Shown piece after piece: positions 10,880 through 23,002 of a DNA stretch of 64,000 nucleotides. This stretch comes from Tubulanus polymorphus. Its lineage: Eukaryota > Animalia > Nemertea. The notes under the pieces were generated by a model, which searched no databases, had not been told where the DNA came from, and saw only the letters and a list, made by a program, of their open reading frames with translations. Every line of letters starts with the position of its first letter. Positions within the stretch are counted from its first letter, which is position 1. The position numbers were made by a program, and so were the translations under genes. The stretch is from assembly GCF_964204645.1 (NCBI RefSeq), contig NC_134029.1, forward strand, positions 14,162,850 through 14,226,849. Direction: 5' to 3'.

Positions 10880-13800
10880 GTAAGTGTTGCTATACACATT
10901 TGTTGCTAATTGGTATTTGGCCTATGCTTAACACAAACCTTGGAAACCAAACACTTTTCCGAGATATGTTTTCAATCTGAGTTTTTGACTTGATGAGTTA
11001 TGATTTGTTTATATAATTTATGCAATAAAGCTAATATTCCTGGCAAAACCATTCTCTGTACTGACATATTTGCCAAGTTGCTTTAGACGACTACCACCCG
11101 CAATAAATGACTGAGAGTAGACCAGCCATCAGTTGGCACCACCTACCCTGATAATCTTTGTTTTATTGTGCAGGAAGATGGTCGACATTTGACATATTGA
11201 CTGGTTTATTTTAATTGTATGATTTACAGTTGAGAGGATTCCATTGGGTTGTAATTTGGTAACAGACCAAAATATTGGTCTGTTAGCTGTAAACCCCACT
11301 GACCCAACGTCAAAGGTACGGAGTGTAAACTTTTTTCTGGGATTCATTTAAATTCATTTTATCTTTGACAAAAAGTGGAGGACCGACTGACCCACTGCTG
11401 ATGTATGTGCTACGTATGTTAGTCAAGCGTGCATTATATGAAAAAAACGTGCTCCATGTGTGGCCTAGTTTGAGTTTTCCAGGAAATTGGTAGTCGTCCA
11501 ATAAGCTGCGTTTATTGGGCCTAAAGCGTCCATATCTTCAATGTATTTTTTGTTTACCTATGTTATGGCTGTTGGTTGGCAGTCCGCCAAGAGTATGTTA
11601 AATCGCGGCACAAAATTGGTAATACTTACGGAGTTGTCTTTTATCGTGAAGCAAGTAGAATTGATGCGCGGAGGTTAGGCTGGTAATCTTCGAACGGATG
11701 ATGCAATACTTTTCGAGAAAAACGCGAAAACCATCGAAAATTCTTCCCTTTCTATAAGTTACTTGTGTTGACCTATATTTGAGTTTCCGACGTGAAAACG
11801 GGAAATTCTCTGAATTTCCGGGAATTTCGGCACCTCTGACGTAATTTTGGGAGTCACAAAATGGCAAGCAATTCATTTTATATTTGTGCCGAGCTTAGTT
11901 CGCTGTTAGTTTGTTCGGTTGTGAGGATTATAATAGAGTCGGCTATCTAATTTAGTATCTCGAACTTTGTAAGTGTGGCAATTTCTATAGTCCTAGCCTG
12001 GCTTTGTCTTGTCATAGTCTTATTTTGACCGACTCATACAAAAAAATACATTCTTTCTTTGAAAGAGTGATAGACGATGGCGCCAGTTCGAGAGCCAGTG
12101 TTTTTGGAGAGAGGCAGTCGACAAATGTTTGGCATCGTTTTTGTTGGAATGAGAGTTAATTGGTTCCACACAGTTGTGTACGCTTTTTCATTTGCTATTG
12201 CCGTAGGCTAATTAGTGTGTTTGCCGATGTTTTTGCTGTATATTGGCATTCTTCGCGTAACAGCGCATACACTTTAAAATCTGCGGACTATGTAAATCAG
12301 CTGGTATGTAATCCATATATCTAACGTACGTACATACACACCGCAGTGCATGGCAAAGTGGATGTATACTCTGTTTTTGCGTATAACCGCGCGTTGCACT
12401 ACTGCGCTCTCCTAGCGCATATTATAAATACTGTCATACCCTGTCAGTTCCTAATTAAGAAGTTTTTAATTGAAATAAGCTTCATTAGGAATGCTTTATT
12501 GTCGTGGATAATCATTTGAACTGTTTCTGTGGCAACTATAGATAAGTGTGCTCCTCTTTTAATTTCATTAGATACTTCGTCGATGGATACTTACATTAAT
12601 ATTTTAAGGTAACCTTAAAATATTATATAACTTAGTCAAGGTCTGGTAGACTTGCTGTTTCTTGACGTAAAACGATAACAATAATGTATATTTAGGTACT
12701 ATACGTTACGGTATCTGGTTAAGCAAAGGACTGGAAGGGGTCCACTTAATTCCACATACTCAAAAGGTTTTTAGATCTTCTAGAACGGGAAATTTACCGT
12801 TTTAAAAACAGTTAATTGCCAATAAAGTTTTGATATTTTCTGTTTTTAAACTAGATTTTGATCTATTTTCAGAAAATATTCAGTTCGGAATGTTTGAGCT
12901 TGAAATTTTTCAGAGACCTCAAAATTGTAGGATACTCCCGTATGATAAAACATTCAACGTTTATTTGTTCTAAAAATATGGCAATTTCAGAAACTCAATT
13001 TGTCACTTTCTGATGAGTATTTGTGCTGTCTCATCTAGGCCTCTCTGCATTCAAGGCTGGAATGATTGGATAGAGCATTGGACAAAATTTAAACCTATAG
13101 GAAAATATTGCCACATTCATCAGGAAGAAAATGAGCTGGTAGGCCTAAAATGATAATTTTGGAACTGTTTAATTGGCTTCATGGATTTTTATGAAAAAAT
13201 ACAAAGCATTGCTAAAACACAGCCAATATAAAATTTTGTATCATGCTTCCCAGAGCCCTTATAGTTTTATGGACATATCTAAACCAAAACTAGCAGCCAC
13301 GACGCAAGTGGAAATCAAAATGAATACATGTATAATTGTACGTTCTTCTAGATAGTAGAAAGGTAAACCACTTTGCCTGTGGCAAATTGTCTTATTTTTA
13401 ACACCGAGATGGCACTCCGGACGAAGTTAGAATATTAGAATTATTCTTGAAAACTAGGCTATTTGACAAATTTCCCTCGCGCAATGCCGATTTGTGATTT
13501 TCAATATAAAAAAGGTGATGAAATTGTTTTTTTGCCCTAATATCTTGCAAAATTAAATTTCTACAGCTAACAGACAAATAATTTCGGATAGCCTAAGCTA
13601 TTGCTCTCACTCTCCTATACTTCATTGCTCGCTATTTAGAGATATTTTCATATGAAACTATTGAAAGTCACATTCAGTTGATAAACCTGATTTCATCAGT
13701 AACCGGCCAGCCTGGTAATATGCACTGCCTTGAAATTTGAAGAACTTTTGTAGCAGCTTCTGATTTGTTACCCTCCAGAATCATAAGCTGTTTCTGCTAA

Positions 13801-15160
13801 AGTTTTAGTTAGAAGATACCACTCAAGAATTATTGGTCTTCCGCTGGTGAGTATTGTTTTTCTGTTCCACGTGGTCAATCGTTAGACTAGCTATAGGCTC
13901 TCAGGGTATAGCTAGCAGTTGTCCTTTAGGTTCAGTCTGTGAACGGCTTCAAAACACCTGTCTTATATCATAGATGTGAAGCTTGTATGCATGGCCAATT
14001 TATTTGGCCTATGTCGTGGGTGCCGAGAGCAGACAGTGCCCATGGTAAATATACATACTGACGTTTGACCTTGATAGTATGGATTAATTAAACATGCATC
14101 GAATCAATATTTCCATTCACTTTGCAAGTTAGGAATCAATTATGCTGAAACCCATCATGGAAAGTTTCTCTCTGGTTTTATTTTGCAATCGTTACCTTAA
14201 GCTGTGTTCAACATGTGGCATTAAATTAAGCAACATTGATCTTTGCCCAGGAGTGAATCTACTTAAGTACTTTAAAAATGCAGGCAGGCAGGTGCTGCCA
14301 CTGTCAGGTGATGAAGGGTTAAGTAGAGGTTTTCCCATAGGTAGAAAAATCTATTAATATAGTCAGAAAAAAAGAATCGTTAATGTATAGTCTGCAAATT
14401 GTTTGGTATTCTACTCATGTCAAATTTCAAGGTGTTTATGTTATTTTTCTAATAAAAGTACGGTTTTTTGTATTTTTGTCAGAAACCTTACTCTGAGTGT
14501 CTGTAATAGAAAGATGTCATGAGCGTTTAATCTGAAGCTTCCTCGGTTTTTACATTGATTTAACAGAAAAATCAGACATTCATAGCCTATATATAAAACG
14601 CATGTACTTCACCTCCCATATAAGGTAGACTTAATTTAAGGTAATTCAATTAAACATTGGTAGAATAGAAATTTAGAAAATCAACTTAGGCTTTATTTTC
14701 ATTTAGCTCTCCGACATTATACCTACCTTTAAAAAATCTGTAAACCAACAAAATGAAAAAAGCCTGGCCTAAATATTGGGTAAGTAGGCTTGATGTCAAT
14801 TGAATTTCAATATGAACCTAGTGAAGTCATACCTTGTCCCCTTTCAGCAATTTGCATATCTGGGGATGAACTTTTACCTGGTAGCCAGTCTAGTCTGTCC
14901 AGCCAAACCAAGAGTACTCTAACTTAGAAGCCTGACTGAGGGGATTCCCCAGTCAGTGCAGTGCTGGTCTTGAGTGGGATCAGGGAGGTGGGAGTGAATG
15001 GAGTATGAACGAGTCAGCTGTCTTTGATCGTATCAGCGATGCCGCCGTACTTGGAAGAGCTAATTACGTAATACGATATGCGCGAGTTTATGTTCACTCG
15101 GTAATCTCCGTCAACACTCGGTAATTTCCGTATGTTGATAGTTACCGGTTATAATAGAAA

Positions 15161-16644
15161 ATGGCGGCAGGCTATTGTAGCGATGCAGAAATTTCTGACA
15201 CAGAATTCGATGAGGAAGACCTCATAGAGCTTCAAATGATAGAAAAAAATTATTATAAAGAACAATTCAACCTATTTTCTGCCAATGACGATAAAGGTAG
15301 GTTATGATGCTTCCTAACTGAGCATAAAAAGCCTATTATTAAAGAGGGCTGAATGAAAGTAGTCTGATTTAATCCTTTCAGAAAAACAACATAAAAGTCA
15401 CTATTTTAAACAAATATTTTTTATTTATGTAGAGTTGGAATCGCCACAAATCAACGATGAAAGTTTCCAGAAGGAAAAGAAATACTATGAGTAAGTTCAA
15501 ATGATAATTATCCGTGTATTGAAATAAAGCTGACAGGCTGTTCGTAACATTTTATATTATGTACAATATTACTTACAAACATTACTTACAAAATACAAAA
15601 ACGATAGTTAATGAAATGTAATGTACATGATAGGATTTAACAATAAAACTGTGTTTTTCTTCAATTTCAGCACATTATTACACAAATCACTCAAAATCAT
15701 TGAGGAAAACCGACTATTTGCGTATAGCACTCACGGAAAATTGGCGAAAATTTACGCAAAGTTAGTTTTAAATGAGATTGATTCTGTATTCGTTCAGACA
15801 TGGTATTCTCATATCCTATCATCGCTAGACCAAGCTTTTCCGAAAAACAACGATTTTGATAAGATGTGGGCAAACTTTCATACGTATTCTAGTGGTAAAG
15901 AAGCAGATGATGATGTAAAAACTTTGGTTTTTAAATGTGCGCAGAGCACGGATTTCGACAATCGGGCAGGCAGTCTTTTCATTCAGTCATTGCTCAAGGA
16001 GATATTCAAAGGTTTAAATTGACAAAAGATATGAATCGACCTCTAAAAATTCTAGTCAACTAGCTCCACTCACCAACGAAGAGGAACAAGCATTGAGGTA
16101 TGCAGCAGGATATATTCCTCATGCACTGATTAAGTACTATTCGCGCTTAAAAAACAACACTGCTGCTGCAGCAATTCTAAATATCTTAGAACATTGGAGA
16201 GCCGAATGCGACACAAAGGAAAACTTGGAACAGAACAGTTACCTCGATTATACAACTTTCTGGATCAAGGCTGTTGATCGTGGCGGTCTTTTCCAAGTAA
16301 AAGACAGTGTATACAACTTATTTAAACTATTAGAGAATATTGTTCGCCCTCATCTCCAAATAAATGATGTACACACATTGAACGGATTAAATATCAAAGA
16401 AAAGCTGCTTCAACAAATCGAACGGAGTGTAACCGTTAAAAATTCTTGGAAGACATTGACACGTTTTGTCAGTGACGAAAATCTGAGTCGCAATTTGCTT
16501 AGACGAGTAATTACATACTGGATCGACATTCGTGTCACTGCATTCAAGGATGCTTTCATGTACATTAGAAAACAAAATAATATCAAAAATGTATCCAAAA
16601 AAGGTGAAAAATCATTAAGAAAAGTATTGGCTAACAAGAACTGA
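15161..16644 (+). pseudogene. Accessory gene of P-like element #2 (about 388 aa when repaired; acidic N-terminus, EEQALRYAAGY and DRGGL motifs); one 1-bp frameshift near 16018
   Basis: Exons 15161-15296, 15433-15490, 15671-16644 joined in frame by GT-AG introns (phases 1 and 2); AATAAA at 16704-16709. Confidence 0.8.
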
Positions 16645-16724
16645 TCTATTTTGTACCTGTCTACATGTATTCACTTTTTCATTTGTAATACTACTGACAT
16701 ACAAATAAATACACTTTTCGACTT

Positions 16725-19577
16725 TTAAGTACGTTTTTTTCTTTTAAGAGGCACAACCAATTCAATGTCTATGTCGTCATCTCTTCTGAATTTACCACGG
16801 AAATTGCCTTTTGATGATGCCTTCGCACAATTTCCTGCTATCATAAGGTTGAGTTCATTGTGGCCAAAAGCGGCGGCAGTGGGGTTGTCACTGTTTCCTC
16901 CACAACTTCTTTGTTTCGAGAAGTGCTCCTCTAACGGATCTTGGCTGAGCTTCTCGCTGAGGAAATATTCCACTCCATTGATATTTAATTACTCGACTGT
17001 CAACTCAGTAAAAGAGAACACTGAAAATATATAAAATCAAATTTTGTTCAATAATGCTGATCACATAAGGTTTTCTATCGATATAAGGAGAAGAAACACA
17101 CCAGTTATCCGGAAGCCTTCAATTGTTTCCCAACTCAAACATTTTCTTGCTTTTTGTGCCTTTGTCAAACCTTCATACATGTCTTTTTCTCCTTCCCATT
17201 CGTCCAGGAATGGTATGAATTCTTTGAGAAGCCACTAGAATCACAAGAATATTCAGTTATAATTTAATTATATGTGAAACAATACATTCCAAATGAAATA
17301 ACTATAAATCTACCTTTAATCGTTCGTCCGATTCACTACGATACTCCTTTAAATCTGGATTCCTCTTTCTTATGCTCTCATAAGCTGTCGAAACATTCAG
17401 GCAATCGAAAAATTTTGTTTATCATCCGTATGTAAAGAATCAATGAACTGAGCTCTGGTTCATTATAAAGTTCAAGCGCCACTGCCACAGAATTACTCAG
17501 AACCTGAAACAGAAAGAATATTAATTTGTGATTCATAAGATGAGGGAGGTGGGAGGAACAGTAAAAAAAAAACATTAGCCAAGAACTCAACATACTTGGG
17601 CAGCTAAATTCACATGCATACGTGTCGCTGGTGTCAAATGCAAATGTTCATGTCGTAATTTTCTTAGACGATTCAGTCCAGGAGCCTGCCTATTAATTCC
17701 AACTTCTCCTTCAACTAGTCGAAGCAATTGCGTCCATTTAATAGGCTTTCCGCGGAACTGTAATATACAAAAATTTATCATTAGGTACATTAAATAAATC
17801 GACTAGACACAAGTCTATCAGGAAGGTGGGACCTCCCTGGGTCTATTTAGACCTACCATTAAATCACGTGATTTTCTGTTGAATCCAGAATTTTCGAGGT
17901 TGTTGCGGCTAGTTTTGATCAAGTGCGGCACATCACATATAAAATAAATTCTCCGAGACTTGTCATATCTGTTGATCGTCCAGTATGTAATTTTTTCATC
18001 TCATCTGTGCATACGATAAAACTTCGGGTTAGGAGTGGCTCCATCACTTACGAATGCTCTAACAAAAAAGCCGATTCCCTCAAGGATCTGGACAGCTTCC
18101 CAAACACACGGATACAAATTATGGCTGCTGAATCCTTGGCACGGAAAGTATCCAAGCAAAATTTTCATGTTCGAAAACAATCCACGAGCTATAAAAACAC
18201 ATACATGAGTCGCTAGATCTTTCTCATTGTCATCCAACGATCGTTTAAATTTCTCAATTACGTTATTGATGTCTCCCATTTCGCAAAATCCAATCAGCTG
18301 GCCAGTTTTTTTGGAATAGATCAGTTCCGATTTAATTTTCATTTCATCATATAGCAAACACACATTTTTTTGAAAATCTGGCAATGTTTCAAAATTCATG
18401 TCATTTAAGGCATGTTCAATGAATTCACTATTGAATCCTGAACATGGATCTGTGAAGCGTGTATAACCATCCAAAGTACTAGAGTGGGGTAGCTGTAAAA
18501 ATCCGGAGTCTCGAATGAACTTGTACACCGACTTCGATTTGTGTCGCAAAGCTATGCACCACTTGATTATCAAAGGATGCCATCGCATCTGTTTGGCGAA
18601 TTTCGAATTTTGAAGACGCTGTTGTTGCCAAAGAAGTTCTTGAACAGATCCACTCGGAAAGTCATTATTGAATTGTTCGATATTTTCCTCAACCGATTTC
18701 GTTAACAACACTGATAGTTCAGGGGTAACATCGACATTTGCAGCTTCAAAATTATATTGTTTTAGCCGTTCTTCAACTTTCTTCAAATTTTGACGTTGAC
18801 CTTGTGTTTCACGGAGACGGATCTTAAGCTGTTCATTTGACAAATAATCGTATCGTACATTACTATTTACACAGGTTCGCGATGAAGTTGTGGATATCAA
18901 ACGGCTTCGCATTGTGAAAAGGCATCCACGAAATGTTTTACACGCATCACAGCGATCGACAAATATATTATTTACAATTTTACAAGATACATGGCGAATA
19001 ATTTTACTTGAATTTGTTGTCTGAACGGTAGCTATAACATCACCCTTCTGATTTCGGAACTCATTCAGACCTCGACCAGTGATGACATCAACAAAATCAG
19101 GGTTACCGCAGCACAGTTTAAGTTTCTTAAGTTCCAGCAATTTGTCCTCGATTTCTAATTTATCGCCAAAGAATCAGTCACTTCTAGTTGATCGATAAAG
19201 AATCGGTGTTCAGCACTGCATTCTACCATCCGTATGCAGTTATCAGAATAGAAAACATACGTTTTTTCATTCACTTTAACAAAACCATTTTTCGACGCAA
19301 TGTCCTGAAAGTTATCTGGCGGAGGGTTTTCGACGTTCCATGTTTTTAAAGTGATATTGACTGGAATATTTCTTGATTTATTTTTCGCCTTACGCCAACG
19401 TTGCAATTTTTGCCGGCAAAGATTGCAAATAAAATCTGGGTGTATACCGGCGGTGTCTGTAGTGAAATCAATGCCAAATAATAATGAAACGTGTGAACTG
19501 AACTTCATTTTGTCGTATCGATTACGGTCATTATTGGCTGCAGATAAACCACACAAGCGACAAACATCATCTGCCAT
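16725..19577 (-). pseudogene. P-element/THAP9-family transposase #2 (about 830 aa when repaired) with a RAG1-N-terminal-like zinc finger; 3 frameshifts and 1 stop
   Basis: Exons 19577-17857, 17757-17596, 17503-17314, 17234-17102, 17020-16725, all GT-AG. Motifs LQLPHSSTL, LLYDEMKI (D), FVSDGATPN (D), CDVPHLIKTSRNNL, MHVNLAAQVLSNSVA, LSQDPLEEHFSKQRSCGGNSDNP (E). Confidence 0.9.
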
Positions 19578-20732
19578 CTTACTGAAAAAATTTAAAAACA
19601 ATGACATTATCTATCATTAAATCATTGATTCTTGACTTAGTCACCAAGGGGGTAGGCCTTTTTTGATATCACGATGGTATTGTATACTTTTTTCTTAGAT
19701 AGGCTTCAATTGACACGTATTTGTATATATGTATCATAGCAACATGACTACACATATCCGGATATGCGCAGTGGTCAATGAATAATTCTCATATTTCAAT
19801 CGTTAATTTAGAAGTGTTCCGGTTAGCGGCCACTACATTGATGAAGGCAAAGGAATGCAATGCATTTCAACGTGTTTTATGGTATAACATCACCCTTCTG
19901 ATTTCGGAACTCATTCAGACCTCGACCAGTGATGACATCAACAAAATCAGGGTTACCGCAGCACAGTTTAAGTTTCTTAAGTTCCAGCAATTTGTCCTCG
20001 ATTTCTAATTTATCGCCAAAGAATCAGTCACTTCTAGTTGATCGATAAAGAATCGGTGTTCAGCACTGCATTCTACCATCCGTATGCAGTTATCAGAATA
20101 GAAAACATACGTTTTTTCATTCACTTTAACAAAACCATTTTTCGACGCAATGTCCTGAAAGTTATCTGGCGGAGGGTTTTCGACGTTCCATGTTTTTAAA
20201 GTGATATTGACTGGAATATTTCTTGATTTATTTTTCGCCTTACGCCAACGTTGCAATTTTTGCCGGCAAAGATTGCAAATAAAATCTGGGTGTATACCGG
20301 CGGTGTCTGTAGTGAAATCAATGCCAAATAATAATGAAACGTGTGAACTGAACTTCATTTTGTCGTATCGATTACGGTCATTATTGGCTGCAGATAAACC
20401 ACACAAGCGACAAACATCATCTGCCATCTTACTGAAAAAATTTAAAAACAATGACATTATCTATCATTAAATCATTGATTCTTGACTTAGTCACCAAGGG
20501 GGTAGGCCTTTTTTGATATCACGATGGTATTGTATACTTTTTTCTTAGATAGGCTTCAATTGACACGTATTTGTATATATGTATCATAGCAACATGACTA
20601 CACATATCCGGATATGCGCAGTGGTCAATGAATAATTCTCATATTTCAATCGTTAATTTAGAAGTGTTCCGGTTAGCGGCCACTACATTGATGAAGGCAA
20701 AGGAATGCAATGCATTTCAACGTGTTTTATGG
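19033..20732. repeat. 850-bp direct tandem duplication (19033-19882, 19883-20732) covering the 5' end of the transposase
   Basis: The same 150-aa ORF occurs at 19155-19607 and 20005-20457; no nucleotide differences spotted by eye. Confidence 0.95.
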
Positions 20733-21060
20733 TGTTAAATTAATATGTGGCCGATTGTCTCTTCAAAGTATGTTTAATGTCAAAGTTTGCTTACCAACTG
20801 AGGTTATTTTGCCGTAAAATATTCAGTTTTCATCCGATTTTTTCCTCTGAAAAACGTGAAAGTTGACCGCGACACGCCGTACAAGAAGAATTCAACTGCC
20901 CATGCGCAAGGCTGATGCTATTGTCAGTACAGCATGTGCTAGTTTGGCAAACTTGACGGCACAGGCCTAACGTCTAGGAAACGGACCTGTGTGATGGGAT
21001 ATTTTACCATCACACACTCGCTGCAGCGGTGACCCAGTTAGCAGCGGTGACCCAGTTGAC

Positions 21061-21882
21061 CAATTTAAATTACATGGTTTCCAGAGCAAAGGCTCGACTG
21101 TGCTACTAGCATAAACTCATACAAATCATTCATTAGAGCATTATCCATTCGCCAACCCCTATGAAGCTGAATTTTGAAAGAGGGCCTCGTTCAAATTTAA
21201 ATTAGCTTTTTCGCGAAATTCTGATCGCAAAAATATCTGTTTCAAAAAGCCAATCAGAAAGCAAAGACTCCTATGATTGGCTTAGCCGCAGAGATCAGCA
21301 GGTGTTCACGTGAACCCGTGGTATCATCTACCGTTTTACTTCCAGGTTTTATTCTAAGATCGAAATTGTATTTCAATATCAATTTCTGTGAAATCTTTAG
21401 TTGATTTGGTTTTTGGGAGGAATATTTTTATTTTCATTACAGAAAAAATCGTTGATCATTGTGCAAAGTCCGGGAAAAATAGCTTTTTCTCAAATCGGAT
21501 GGATGACCTTGAAATGCTAATTAGTTTTCAAACTGCAAATTCAATCAAATTTTAATCCGCAAAAAAATATCAAATCCAATTCAATTTTACTTTATTGAAC
21601 TAGGTTAAACAGCAAATCCAATTCAATTTTATTCTATTGAGCAATTTTCAAAAAATTCAATACTATTCCCATTCAATTCATAAAGGTCAATAAGGGAAAA
21701 GATTTATCTGAGGTATTTGTTCCTGCCAGCTCAAGTCGCTGTCTGTGCTACTTATGAAAGCACGATTGAATTGTGTAAATTATTAGCCTTGGATTGACTT
21801 TAGTCTATCGAGCTGGGACAAATTTAACCCACAGAATGTATCATTTGACAAGCTGGCCATAGTGCCCCTTGGGGCTCTTGTT
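21061..21882 (+). repeat. HINE family B copy, 5'-truncated
   Basis: Aligns to 60020-60861; same 3' hairpin GCCCCTTGGGGC. Confidence 0.75.
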
Positions 21883-22808
21883 GTAAGAGAAATTATAAAG
21901 TATACAATACATCCCTTGGGGTCGAGCTTAGGACGTCAATCTTGTGAGGGGCACATCCCCAGCCCCACTCAAGGCGTGGATTCACCTATTGATGGACAGA
22001 GATCATTCTATTGGTCTAGGCACAGGCAACCTCGCTGTCAGTATCCAATAGGTGGAAAGTTGAATGTGGCCGACGAGGGATAAACCCATCTCCACATAGT
22101 GGACCCTGTCTCAGCCAGAAGCAGATTGAGTCTGGTTGGTTTGCCCCTGTTTGCCACCAGTTTCAACACTAGGAGCCCAGTGTTCACCTCCCTATTTCCA
22201 GACGACAGGGCATGAGACGTGCATGAGCCATGAACATGCCAACAAGTACGATTCATCTGTATTCATTATGTTTCCTTCATTAAAAATGATCGTCAGCACG
22301 ACACTACGGTCAACAATTATGAAGTGCGTCAAAATATGATTTTTTCACAAAAAATACTTACCTCCCGGTCTTGAGTCTAACTATTTTAAAACAAATATGA
22401 TCAGGGTAGTTGGCACCAGCTGATGGCCTCTTCTCAAAGTCATTTTTGGCCTGCACCAGTCGTCTAAAGCAACTTGGCTATTATGTCAGTACAATTAAAT
22501 GGCAAAAGCCATCAAAATTGTACTTTCCGCGATAACTTAGCCATAAGAAACTTCAGTACCGGGGTATGATATGCCCCGGTACTTAAGTTTATATAACGAT
22601 GTATAATATATATAACGACCTTAGATCGGACTGATCGAAAAAAGTAGCTCAAATTAGCCATAAATTAGTCATTTATTTATCCTTCACTTTTTGCGTGTAG
22701 TTCACATACTACCTGCAATGGTGCTATTTATGATGTTATCTATGACAATCAGCGCAGGCATACGCGCCCATACGCGTAGCCTATGTGTAATCGATAAGAT
22801 AAACATCA

Positions 22809-23002
22809 ATAAGATAAAATCCCACTATTTAAATTATTATTTCACACCTGACGATGATCTCTAGGGTGAGATCGAAACGTCGTGTCTTTTATATATATTT
22901 TAGATTTAATAAATAAATTCTGGTTTTTTAATTCTTTTAATCTGTAAATAGTGGGATTTTATCTTATTATCCATTCACCACGTTTGAGTGTGGTCATCGT
23001 TC
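22809..23002 (+). mobile_element. Short Penelope-like (pLTR-only) insertion with a 5' inverted segment
   Basis: 14-bp TSD TAAGATAAACATCA (22795-22808, 23003-23016); 22809-22831 is the reverse complement of 22945-22967; contains a hammerhead motif and AATAAA. Confidence 0.75.
22844..22885 (+). ncRNA. Minimal type I hammerhead ribozyme
   Basis: ACAC-CTGACGA-T-GATCTC(TAGGGT)GAGATC-GAAA-CG-TC-GTGT: stem I ACAC/GTGT, 6-bp stem II, palindromic ACGT stem III, GUC cleavage triplet. Confidence 0.75.

Larger units (their letters stand above)
11049..22502. mobile_element. DNA transposon delimited by about 115-bp imperfect TIRs, enclosing the two-gene P-like cassette and other inserts
   Basis: CCATTCTCTGTACTGACATATTTGCCAAGTTGCTTTAGACGACT.. 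(11049-11165) is inverted relative to ..AGTCGTCTAAAGCAACTTGGCTATTATGTCAGTACAATTAAATGG (22385-22502); CAAAA flanks both ends. Confidence 0.65.

Noticed and set aside
12597-12625. 29-bp AT-rich palindrome TAATATTTTAAGG-TAA-CCTTAAAATATTA (a similar isolated hairpin lies at 22548-22590)
   Set aside because: Isolated, with no associated element or function that can be supported
15161-19577. True RAG1/RAG2 (ProtoRAG) or Transib element
   Set aside because: The catalytic core has P/THAP9 motifs rather than RAG1/Transib ones, the partner shows no kelch repeats or PHD finger, and no CACAGTG-type RSS-like TIR was found at the ends
15030-20970. TIR pair immediately flanking the two genes (TGCCGCCGTACTTG vs TGCCGTCAAGTTTG)
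   Set aside because: Similarity too weak and no TSD
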